From: a virus
Length of the DNA stretch: 64,000 nucleotides
Virus record (IMG/VR): IMGVR_UViG_3300046779_001269
Span: 96,001-160,000 of that record
Reading direction: 5' to 3' (one strand)
Under the pieces are notes generated by a model. The model was not told the DNA's origin and searched no databases. It worked only from the letters and a program-made list of their open reading frames with translations. Made by a program: the position numbers and the translations under genes. The number at the start of each line of letters is the position of its first letter. Within the stretch, counting starts at the first letter, position 1. Below, piece by piece: positions 1 through 9,300 of the stretch.

Positions 1-1512
1 TCCTATAATTATTCGGGTGGATCCTGACAATTCAAAAATGGTTTGATTTCCACTTGCGGCAGCTGGCCAGTAAACCCACATTTCAATAGTAAAATTATTA
101 CTTGAACCAAAATTTGCGTTAGTGAAAGAAGAATTACGAAAAGTTTGACCTGTACCATCAAAGTAATTACTATAATAACCTAGTTGGTACGGATTAAAAT
201 TACTTACACGACTATCACCAACAATTAGTTGTGCATTGTTGTTACTTGAATCTGTGATAAAAGGAGTAACTGTTGTTGTTCCATTTAATGCGAGTGTTGT
301 GTACTTCCAGTAAACGTCACCTAAAGAAATTACCCAACTAATTGTTCTAGTTGCGGTTCTACTTGTGGTGTTCGCTGTAGCTGTCAAAAGTGTATTTACA
401 GTTTCTGCTGTGGTTGGTGTTCCATAAATTGTCGAACCACTAATTGCCAAACCTGTTGGTAAAGCATTTGCTGTATATTGAACACCAAAACCTGCAGCAC
501 TTGTTGCACTTAATGAAACATTAGATATTGCAGAACCACCAGATAATAAGTATTGTGTTGCATCCGCTGGCGAACTCCATGTCACCACATCTTGGTTAAC
601 ATTAAAGATAACATCTCTTGTTGCACTTCGATTAGTTGTATTGGCTGTTGCAGTTAGTCTTGTGAAAGTATTTCCAACAGTATTGTTTGTGCCGGAAATT
701 AATCCTGTATTCGCATTTAATGTGATGCCTGCTGGTAATGTGTTTGCTGAAATCAATACACCATAACCAGCATCTGAAGTTGCTGATGCGGTGACATTAC
801 TGATAGGTGCATATTCGTAAGAAGAAATGACATAGTTAGATGATGGTGATAACCATGTTACCACATCTGTATTGATTGTCAAACTAAATTGTCTATCAAC
901 AGTTTGTGATTGTGCATCAAAAGCTCTTGCAGTAAACGTATATGTTGTACTGCTTCCGTCCACAGGTGCTGTTCCAGTAATAACACCAGAACTTGATAGT
1001 GTAGAACCTGTTGGTAAAGAACCTGATAACAATGAATAAGTTAGGGGCGCATCACCTGTTGCCACAATAGGTTGATTGATTTGTTGCGTTTCATAATATG
1101 AACCTAAAGAACCAGCATTTGTTTGGAAAGTTGGCACACTAGAGTATGTTAAACCTGGTACCAGAATACCAGTACCACCATTTGAATTGGAAACATAAAT
1201 GGTATAACTGCCAGCACTTGCGGCCGGTGCAGTAAAGGCCAATCGTCCTTGGTCAATATATGTTACGACAGATATTGTATTGGAACCAACTTGGATCGTT
1301 GCTCCTGGTGCGAATCCTGACCCATTGATAAGAATGGTTTCGCCACCTGCGGTGTTGGCCGCCAAAGCTCCTGTTGGATTATACGATATGTCCGTAACGG
1401 AAAAAGAATTTATGATTGGTATTGGATATTCGTTTTGAATAAACTTCTCTGCTTGAGAAATAATACCGTATCCATCATTGGATCTTTTACCTCTGCGTCC
1501 TGAATTGAACAT
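1..1512 (-). CDS. Virion adhesin/tip protein with IPT/TIG + Ig-like repeats + LamG/ConA-like domain (3' end runs off window)
   Basis: Not in ORF track; read manually from ATG at 1512 (overlaps TAA of upstream gene): MFNSGRRGKRSNDG..., GGETILINGSGFAPGATIQVG (IPT), LTYSLLSGSLPTGSTLSSSGVITGT (Ig-like), NFTIEMWVYWP (LamG) at the window edge. Confidence 0.75.
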   Translation of the reverse strand, partial: MFNSGRRGKRSNDGYGIISQAEKFIQNEYPIPIINSFSVTDISYNPTGALAANTAGGETILINGSGFAPGATIQVGSNTISVVTYIDQGRLAFTAPAASAGSYTIYVSNSNGGTGILVPGLTYSSVPTFQTNAGSLGSYYETQQINQPIVATGDAPLTYSLLSGSLPTGSTLSSSGVITGTAPVDGSSTTYTFTARAFDAQSQTVDRQFSLTINTDVVTWLSPSSNYVISSYEYAPISNVTASATSDAGYGVLISANTLPAGITLNANTGLISGTNNTVGNTFTRLTATANTTNRSATRDVIFNVNQDVVTWSSPADATQYLLSGGSAISNVSLSATSAAGFGVQYTANALPTGLAISGSTIYGTPTTAETVNTLLTATANTTSRTATRTISWVISLGDVYWKYTTLALNGTTTVTPFITDSSNNNAQLIVGDSRVSNFNPYQLGYYSNYFDGTGQTFRNSSFTNANFGSSNNFTIEMWVYWPAAASGNQTIFELSGSTRIIIG

Positions 1513-1874
1513 TAACTAATAGCCTCATATGAACAAACTGCTTCCAAGTATGAGTTGGCTGATGCAGTTAATCTGATTGAATCATTTTCCTGTAAATACA
1601 AAATCAAACCTTTATCAATAGGTGTAAATGAAGTATTCGCTGCCACAGATACTTGATATGCAATACGATATGCGGATGTTTGGTTTTTATAAACATCAAC
1701 AGTAATACTTGCAGATCCAGTACCGGAAATGTTGGAAACTATAAGACTATTTATCTTATAAACTGCACTGCTAGATGCTGCATTTGAAACAATTGATGTT
1801 GGTACTGTGGAGACCACCATACCTGTCGTATTGCCATAAATTGTTGATACATTGACCACGTTCATTTGAGACAT
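1512..1874 (-). CDS. Small virion adaptor-like protein (paralog of 5990..6358)
   Basis: 120 aa; shares NxxTIYGxT, VYK(I/L)NS, YLxExD and terminal SYExIS with 5990..6358. Confidence 0.7.
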   Translation of the reverse strand: MSQMNVVNVSTIYGNTTGMVVSTVPTSIVSNAASSSAVYKINSLIVSNISGTGSASITVDVYKNQTSAYRIAYQVSVAANTSFTPIDKGLILYLQENDSIRLTASANSYLEAVCSYEAIS

Positions 1875-1878
1875 TTAA

Positions 1879-4878
1879 TTATCCTCCGAATACTATTGTC
1901 ATAGCAATAGACTTTCCTAATGTTGTTCCTGTGTTTGCTTTTGTGTATGCAGATTGCGCTAAACTGTTGGCTGCATTGGCTTGTATGTGGGCTGCATTGG
2001 CCATCTCTCTTGAGGCCGTATCTGTTTGGATAGCAATCTCTCTAACTTGGATATTTACACCAGTTGCAGGAGCACTTGTGAATGTTAGTGTTGTTCCATT
2101 TACAGTATAGTCAGTTGCTGGTGTTTGTAACACACCGTTTTCTGTCACGAAAATAGAATTGGCTGTTAGTCCAGAAGATACTGTATAGTCAACAGTCGTA
2201 CTATCACCAACAAAATTTCTTGTGGTAAAACCAGAAACAGCTAATGTGTAAGATGTAACATCAATTGAAGCGCCATTGGATGGTGCCTCTGAGAATGTTA
2301 TTATATTTCCAGAAAGACTATATGATGACTTTAACTGTAAAATACCGTCGATGTTTACAAAGGTATAGTTTTCATTTGGTGGTGTTGCAGATAATGTGAA
2401 GTTTGTGTTTGTTCCATTACCAGTGAAGTTATCTACTGATAATATTGCACTTGAACCACCAGAACCACCGCCTGTGTTAGCCGCATTGAATGCTGCTTGT
2501 GCTAAATTGTTTGCTGCATTAGCCTGAGCATAGGCAAATGTTGCACCTGTACCAGAATTGGCAGCGGCATACGCAGCTGATGCTAATACATTTGCTGCAT
2601 TGGCTTGTTCAAATGCTGCTGATGAACCAGAACTAGAGTTGGCTGCATTATAGGCTGCTTGTGCTAAGTTATTGGCTGCGTTTGCCTGACCATAACCAGA
2701 CACAGCATAACTACTTACTGCTGTTATAAATGTGTTTTGATATTCATTTACACCTTGCAACAATGTTACGGATGTATTAGAACTATTATACGCATTATTG
2801 GCATGATTGTAAGCAGCCTGAGCAGAATAGGTTGCTTGTGTTATGTCAGTTCCGCCGCCAGATGACAACAATAGGTTAGTACCAACACCTGTATTTGCTG
2901 CTGTAATATCTATGTAAACACCACGAGCAGAACCACCTTGTTCAAAGAATCTTAATCTGTTTTGCCACACATCAATAGTGACACCTGTACCAGCAATAGT
3001 TGAGTTAGTTGCTGGTTTGGCAAGTAAAATCTCACCACCCTCATCACCTTGAGAGTTCATACTCTTTAAATAACCTGAAAATGTACCATCACCACTGATG
3101 GTGCCAGTTATTGCAGGAGATTCAAGTGTTTTATTAGCTAGAGTTTGTGTACTAGATAGTGTTACTAGTGTGTTTGCATAGTTGTATGCATTGTTGGCAT
3201 GATTATATGCAGACTGAGCAGATTGTGTGGCTGCGTTTGCTTGACCATATCCACTTGTTGCATATGCATCTACTGCTGTGATTCTGGTATTTTGTCCGTC
3301 ATTGACACCTTGAATGAGTGTAATTGCCGCTGCATTGGTGTTGGATGATACAAACGCAGCACCAGCTAATATGTTGGCAGAATTTGCCTGATTGTATGCC
3401 GCATTAGATTTGTTATTTACATTACCAATGTTTGTTGCGACTGTGGTAGCAAAGTTTGCATCGGCACCCAAGGCATCAGACAATTCTTTTAGTGTATCTA
3501 ATGTTGTTGGTGCTGAGTTTACTAAGTTGGCAACAGCATTGTTAACATATGTTTCAGTAGCATAACCAGTAAAAGATATACTATTTGCTTTGTTATAAGA
3601 TGCTTGTGCCAAGTTATTGGCAGCATTGGCCTGAATGTAACCACTTGTTGCCAAATTATTAGAAGCGTTGGCCTGTGCATATCCTGAGGTTGCCAAATCA
3701 TTGGCTGCATTTGCCTGTGTGAATGCTGCAGAAGCAGTTGTGCCAGTATTAGCTGCGTTGTATGCCGACTGTGCCAAATTGTTGGCTGCATTCGCTTTAT
3801 CAAAAGATGCTTGTACTATAACACTAGAGACTGCTGTATTTTGTGATGTTCCGTCCGCAAATGTTATTGGTCCAGGTATAGTCAAACGGCCTGTTGTATC
3901 AAATGTGGTTACATATCCATTTGCAGTAATTGTTGTATTGGCAACAGATGGTCCAATAATATTTTTCGTAACAACATCATCTGTAATAATTTTATTAAGA
4001 ACAATTAGAGAATTGTTTGATGTTAAGAATTGTAGGTTGTTTGTATTACTTAAAAAACCACCAGCGTTTGCAACAATAACATTATTTGGACCATAATTTA
4101 TCGTTGCTGCATTTGCTTTTGCGAATGCTGCACCAGCCAATCCATTCGCCGCATTGGCCTGTGCATAACCAGAAGTTGCCAATGTGTCAGCTGCATTGGC
4201 CTCACCATATGCAGCAGTTGCTAATACATCGGCCGAGTTGGCCTTACCGTAACCTGCAACAGCATAGTTACTTACTGCTGTTATAGTTGTATTCTGACTT
4301 ACATTTACACCTTGTATCAAAGTGATTGCTGATGTATTTGTGTTTGCTGAGTTATATGCAGAGGTTGCCAAATTATTGGCTGCATTTGCCTGAGTAAATG
4401 CTGCTGATGCGGTTGTGCCAGTATTGGCTGCATTGAATGCTGCTTGTGCTAAATTGTTTGCACTATTGGCCTGTATAAATGCTGCTGCGGCAGTAGTACC
4501 AGTGTTGGCTGCATTGAATGCTGACTGTGCCAGGTTATTGGCTGCGTTAGCCTGTGCATAAGCACCTGTTCCAATATTACCTGCATCTGTGATGGCGGTG
4601 TTTTGATATACATTAACACCCTGAATTAATGTGATTGCAGTCGCATTGGTGTTTGCTTGTGTATATGCGGCTGAAACCGAAGCATTAATTGTATTTGATT
4701 GTATGAAAGACGCATTGGCGTAGTCAAATGCACTGTTTGCTGCATCATAAGCACTTTGAAAATTAGTTATGTATTGTGACTGTACACGGCGCCATGCACC
4801 TTTTGATGCATCCCAAATATAATTAATGCCATTAACTATAATTAACTGGCCGTTAGTGGGTGATAATGGAAAAGACAT
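1879..4878 (-). CDS. Long tail-fibre-like coiled-coil protein (999 aa)
   Basis: 14-aa A/N repeats; fibre motif APTTLDTLKELSDALGADANFATT; two GxGxxTxF/Y beta-domains; C-terminus GKSIAMTIVFGG. Confidence 0.75.
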   Translation of the reverse strand: MSFPLSPTNGQLIIVNGINYIWDASKGAWRRVQSQYITNFQSAYDAANSAFDYANASFIQSNTINASVSAAYTQANTNATAITLIQGVNVYQNTAITDAGNIGTGAYAQANAANNLAQSAFNAANTGTTAAAAFIQANSANNLAQAAFNAANTGTTASAAFTQANAANNLATSAYNSANTNTSAITLIQGVNVSQNTTITAVSNYAVAGYGKANSADVLATAAYGEANAADTLATSGYAQANAANGLAGAAFAKANAATINYGPNNVIVANAGGFLSNTNNLQFLTSNNSLIVLNKIITDDVVTKNIIGPSVANTTITANGYVTTFDTTGRLTIPGPITFADGTSQNTAVSSVIVQASFDKANAANNLAQSAYNAANTGTTASAAFTQANAANDLATSGYAQANASNNLATSGYIQANAANNLAQASYNKANSISFTGYATETYVNNAVANLVNSAPTTLDTLKELSDALGADANFATTVATNIGNVNNKSNAAYNQANSANILAGAAFVSSNTNAAAITLIQGVNDGQNTRITAVDAYATSGYGQANAATQSAQSAYNHANNAYNYANTLVTLSSTQTLANKTLESPAITGTISGDGTFSGYLKSMNSQGDEGGEILLAKPATNSTIAGTGVTIDVWQNRLRFFEQGGSARGVYIDITAANTGVGTNLLLSSGGGTDITQATYSAQAAYNHANNAYNSSNTSVTLLQGVNEYQNTFITAVSSYAVSGYGQANAANNLAQAAYNAANSSSGSSAAFEQANAANVLASAAYAAANSGTGATFAYAQANAANNLAQAAFNAANTGGGSGGSSAILSVDNFTGNGTNTNFTLSATPPNENYTFVNIDGILQLKSSYSLSGNIITFSEAPSNGASIDVTSYTLAVSGFTTRNFVGDSTTVDYTVSSGLTANSIFVTENGVLQTPATDYTVNGTTLTFTSAPATGVNIQVREIAIQTDTASREMANAAHIQANAANSLAQSAYTKANTGTTLGKSIAMTIVFGG

Positions 4879-4908
4879 TTACTGGAGTACCTTATTCGTA
4901 TTATCTAT

Positions 4909-5988
4909 TTATTTGTATCGGTAACAGAATATTACTGTACCTGGACCACCGTTGCCGCCATAGTAAGTACCGTTGATAGCATTTGCAACAGAACCTCCAC
5001 CACCAACCCCGTAATACCAACCTGCGGAAACATCACCGCCGCTACTGCCTGATGATTGTGAAGTAACATATGCTCCATTACCATAGTTCTGACTGGCGGA
5101 AGCTGGTCCACTAATGCCTCCCTGACCTGCGTCACCTCCAAGCCATGTTCTTCCACCACCTCCACCAGAACCATAATATGCATTTGTTCTGGACCAATTC
5201 CATCCAGCACCACCATTTGATGATAGTGTATTATTTGATGAATAATAACCATCATAACCGGCGCCGCCTGCACCGCCTCCACCGCCACCGTATGCGGCAC
5301 TGCCGCTCATACTGTTTCCACTACCGCCAGCATTTGCATACACCGTACCATATTCTTGGCCAAGTTGAGCAGATGCTCCACTGCCGCCACCAGCAGCAAG
5401 TCCTGCCCAACCTCCACCTCCTGACCCACCAGTAGAAGGAACAACCTCTGTTGATTGGTTAACTAATCCACCAGGACCTCCGCCACTTGCTTGATAACTA
5501 TGTCCTGCCGTTGATGTTACATATGAACTTCCACCAAAATATCTACCCGATGGACTGGAGTTTGGATTAGTTCCTCCTGGTCCGACAGTAACAGTGAAAA
5601 CTGTACCTGGATTAACCCAAGTTTTAATTAAAATTACTGCGCCGCCGCCACCTCCACCACCAGCGAGGTATTGATATGATGCTGACGAAGTGACTGACCC
5701 TCCACTTCCACCTCCACCAACCATTAGTATTTCCAATTCACCTGCACCATCACTTACAGTAAATGTTGAGTTTGATGTGAATGTGTGTACTTTGTAATTG
5801 ATGTTATCTGCCGCAGTGGTGATTGTTCCGCCTGTGGCAGAATATATGAAACCTGATGCTAGAGGCCATATTGGATTTGCACCTGTGTTGAAGATGGCTG
5901 CATCGTGTATGAAGAATACACCATTTGCCCTATTTTGATTTGGTAGTGCATATGCACCTATAACACCGCCGTTACTTCTGCTTCTCAT
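4909..5988 (-). CDS. Glycine-rich adhesin/receptor-binding tip protein
   Basis: KVHTFTSNSTF, ILMVGGGGSGG, many polyglycine runs, C-terminal GGPGTVIFCY, typical of phage glycine-rich domain proteins. Confidence 0.7.
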   Translation of the reverse strand: MRSRSNGGVIGAYALPNQNRANGVFFIHDAAIFNTGANPIWPLASGFIYSATGGTITTAADNINYKVHTFTSNSTFTVSDGAGELEILMVGGGGSGGSVTSSASYQYLAGGGGGGGAVILIKTWVNPGTVFTVTVGPGGTNPNSSPSGRYFGGSSYVTSTAGHSYQASGGGPGGLVNQSTEVVPSTGGSGGGGWAGLAAGGGSGASAQLGQEYGTVYANAGGSGNSMSGSAAYGGGGGGAGGAGYDGYYSSNNTLSSNGGAGWNWSRTNAYYGSGGGGGRTWLGGDAGQGGISGPASASQNYGNGAYVTSQSSGSSGGDVSAGWYYGVGGGGSVANAINGTYYGGNGGPGTVIFCYRYK

Positions 5989-5989
5989 A

Positions 5990-6358
5990 TTAAGAAATCA
6001 TTTCATAAGAAACAACAACAGATGTAGTGCCAACACCAAGTGAACCTACATTACACTTGAGTGTATCACCTTCTTCCAAATAGATACTTGTGTCTTTTGC
6101 AACCACAACCAAAGAAGAATACCCTGGTACAGTCACAGAACTGGCCAAATCATAACCAACCATTGGATTACCACGGTGTATTTGTACCCATACTGGCACA
6201 TTGTTTGCGTTTCCGTTTGCATAGGTCACAGAGTTTAGTTTGTATACTTGGCCACTGCCTGATGCATTTACAATAACATTCGATAATGTTCCTGTTGCAG
6301 CATACAATTCTGTTTTTCCATAAATTGTGTTCGCTAAAATAATATTCGGTGCTGACAT
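5990..6358 (-). CDS. Small virion adaptor-like protein (paralog of 1512..1874)
   Basis: 122 aa; APNIILANTIYGKT...IYLEEGD...VVVSYEMIS. Confidence 0.7.
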   Translation of the reverse strand: MSAPNIILANTIYGKTELYAATGTLSNVIVNASGSGQVYKLNSVTYANGNANNVPVWVQIHRGNPMVGYDLASSVTVPGYSSLVVVAKDTSIYLEEGDTLKCNVGSLGVGTTSVVVSYEMIS

Positions 6359-9300
6359 TTAGAAACCTCCAAAGACTATGGCATAAGCAGCTGCACGACC
6401 ATAACCTGTATATGTGTTGGTGATAGTTATATTTGTTGTGTTTGTTGTTAGAGTTGGTGAGTCAATATCGACCCAATAACTTACAGTTCCATCATTTATA
6501 TATTCATAAAGAATGTCTGTTGATGTATCGTACCATTTATCACCAACTGTTGGACCAGAAGGTGCAGTTGTTGAAGCAGTATATAGATAGGCAGCAAATG
6601 TACCAGATGTGATTGAGTTGGCCTTTGCATACGCAGCTGATGCCATGTTGTTTGCAGCACCAGCGAAGGTATATGCACCATTTGCTTTGTCATAAGATGA
6701 CTGATTAAATTGTATTTGAGTATTTCCAAATACAAATGAACCTCTAGCTAATGTATCGGCAGAATTGGCCTGTGCATAACTACTTGTTGCCAAAATGTCG
6801 GCAGCATTTGCTCGTGAGAACGCAGAGAATGTTAATGTGTTTGCATCAACAGCCTGTGTGTATGCAGAATTGGCAACAGTATATGCTGAGTCTGCTAAAT
6901 TATTGGCAGCATTGGCCTGTGCATAACTTGAGTCTGCCAAGTTGTTTGCTGAGTTTGCCTGTATAAATGCCGCAGCAGCAGTAGTGCCAGTATTTGCGGC
7001 ATCAAATGCGGCCTGTGCCAAGTTGTTTGCTGCATTGGCCAAAGAGTAACCAGATGTTGCAAGAACATTGGCTGCATTGGCTTGTGTGAATGCTGCTGCG
7101 GCAGTAGTACCAGTGTTTGCGGCATCAAATGCAGCCTGTGCCAGATTATTGGCTGCGTTTGCTAATCCATAACCAGAAACAGAATAGTCACTGATAGCTG
7201 TTATGGTTGTGTTCTGTGCATCATTAACACTTTGTAGATGTATTGTTACATTGGCCTGATTGTATGCAGCCGATGCCATTCCATCAACAGCAGTGATTCT
7301 GTTATTTTGACTTACATTTACACCTTGAATCAGTGTAATAGAATCTGAGAATGTATTTGCTAGGTTGTAACCAGAAGATGCTAGGTTGTTTGCTGCATTA
7401 GCCTGATTGTAACTTGCATCTGCAAAGGTATGCATACCGGTAATATCGGTATTTTGTGCATCGTTGACACCCTGTAGGTATACCGTTACATTGGCCTGAT
7501 TGTATGCAGCAGTTAATAATTCAGTAGATGAATTTGATTTTGCATATGCCGATTCTGCATATGAACCTACTGCATTTGCTTTGTTATATGATGAGTGTGC
7601 GAAGTTATTGGCAGCATTTGCCTGACCATAACCAGAGGTTGCATATGAATCAACATCACTAATTCTGGTGTTTTGATAATTATTTACACCTTGAATTAAA
7701 ATTGTTGTAGAATTTGATGAATTGTATGATGCTGTTGCTAAATCATTTGCAGCATTTGCCTGACCATAACCAGCAGTTGCATATGCATCTACCGCTGTTA
7801 TTCTGGTATTTTGTTCGTCATTTGCACCTTGCAAGTATACTGTTACATTGGCCTGATTGTATGCAGCCTGTGCAGAAATAGTTGCCGCATTGGCCTGATT
7901 ATATGCAGCCTGTGCAGAAATTGTACCAGCATTTGCCTGTGCATAACCAGAAGTTGCCAGTGAATCTGCTGCATTAGCCTTAGTGAATGCTGCTGGCACT
8001 AATGTTGATAGAGAATCAACTATTGTTAATGTTGAGTTACCTTGTGCAAATGCACCTTTGGCCAATTCGTTGGTTGTATTTGCTAGTGAAGCACCAATTG
8101 GGTGAGTTAACTTCTCATATGGTGCCATTGCAGAGTAGTCTGCCCATGTGTGTGCAGTTTTCTCTGAGTGAATGATGTGACCTGGGTTACTTGCACCTTC
8201 ATACATGATCCATTCGTTGATGGATTCGTCCCACATAATGTATGTGTTTACCTCAGAACCACGATTGACAATGATACTGGCGTTTGTTGTGGGTGAACCA
8301 GTTACTTCACTGTTCAATACAATAGTATTACCACCAACCACCAATGTTGTTGTAGTAATCGACTGAGCATTAGAGATTGATAAGTTACCAGTAATGGTAA
8401 CATTTGATGAGAATATTGCATCACCAACCACATGCAAGTTTGCTTGTGGTGTATTGGTATTAATACCTAATCTTCTATTTACATGGTCCCAGAAAAAGTT
8501 ATTTGGATCCTCATGTATTGTTTCATCATATGCGAACAATACGGAACCAGCCGTCTTATTAACACCTTCTCGGAAAGTAATGTCGACCAAAATAGAACCA
8601 TTGACTGCATCAACTTTTGCAATAACACCAAGTCTAACTGCATTGTTTGGTGCGGCCGGTGGTGTTCCTTGCCATGAACCTGTTGCACCAGTCGAAAGGT
8701 AAACCTCATCGCCCTCTGTGTAGGTTGATGTGTTTAGACCATTAACTTTACCTTGCTGTGTCACATAACCGTAACCACCATTTGGTATTGTTGTGGTTGT
8801 AATACCTATGATTTCTGAACCTTCGTATGTCGATGCATCACCCAAGGCAATACTTGGGAAACCATTTGCTGAAGATGCACCAGAAACATATACAGCTTTA
8901 CCGTCTGTGATAGTTGAACCAGTATTATTCCATACACGAACAACTGCTTCTTGCAACAGTTGACCTGTCATATCAGAATCGTTGTAGTATGCTAATGCCT
9001 TTTGGTCATTATCATAGAAGATGCGACCTTCTTTGTTTGAAGGTTTGGTTGCAAAAGTATTAAAATCTAGGTATGTACCAACAGATACATTGGCTGCCAC
9101 ATTGGCAAAACCAGTGATGAAACCACCAGCAGTTGCAAACTTGGTGTTTGCGTGTGCATAAGATGCATCTGCCAAGTTGTTTGCAGCATTTGCCTGTGCA
9201 TAACCAGAAACAGCATAAGAACTTACTGCATTGGTTGTTGTGTATCCAGCAGTTGCATAAGAATCAACATCACCAATTCTGGTGTTTTGATAACTGTTTA

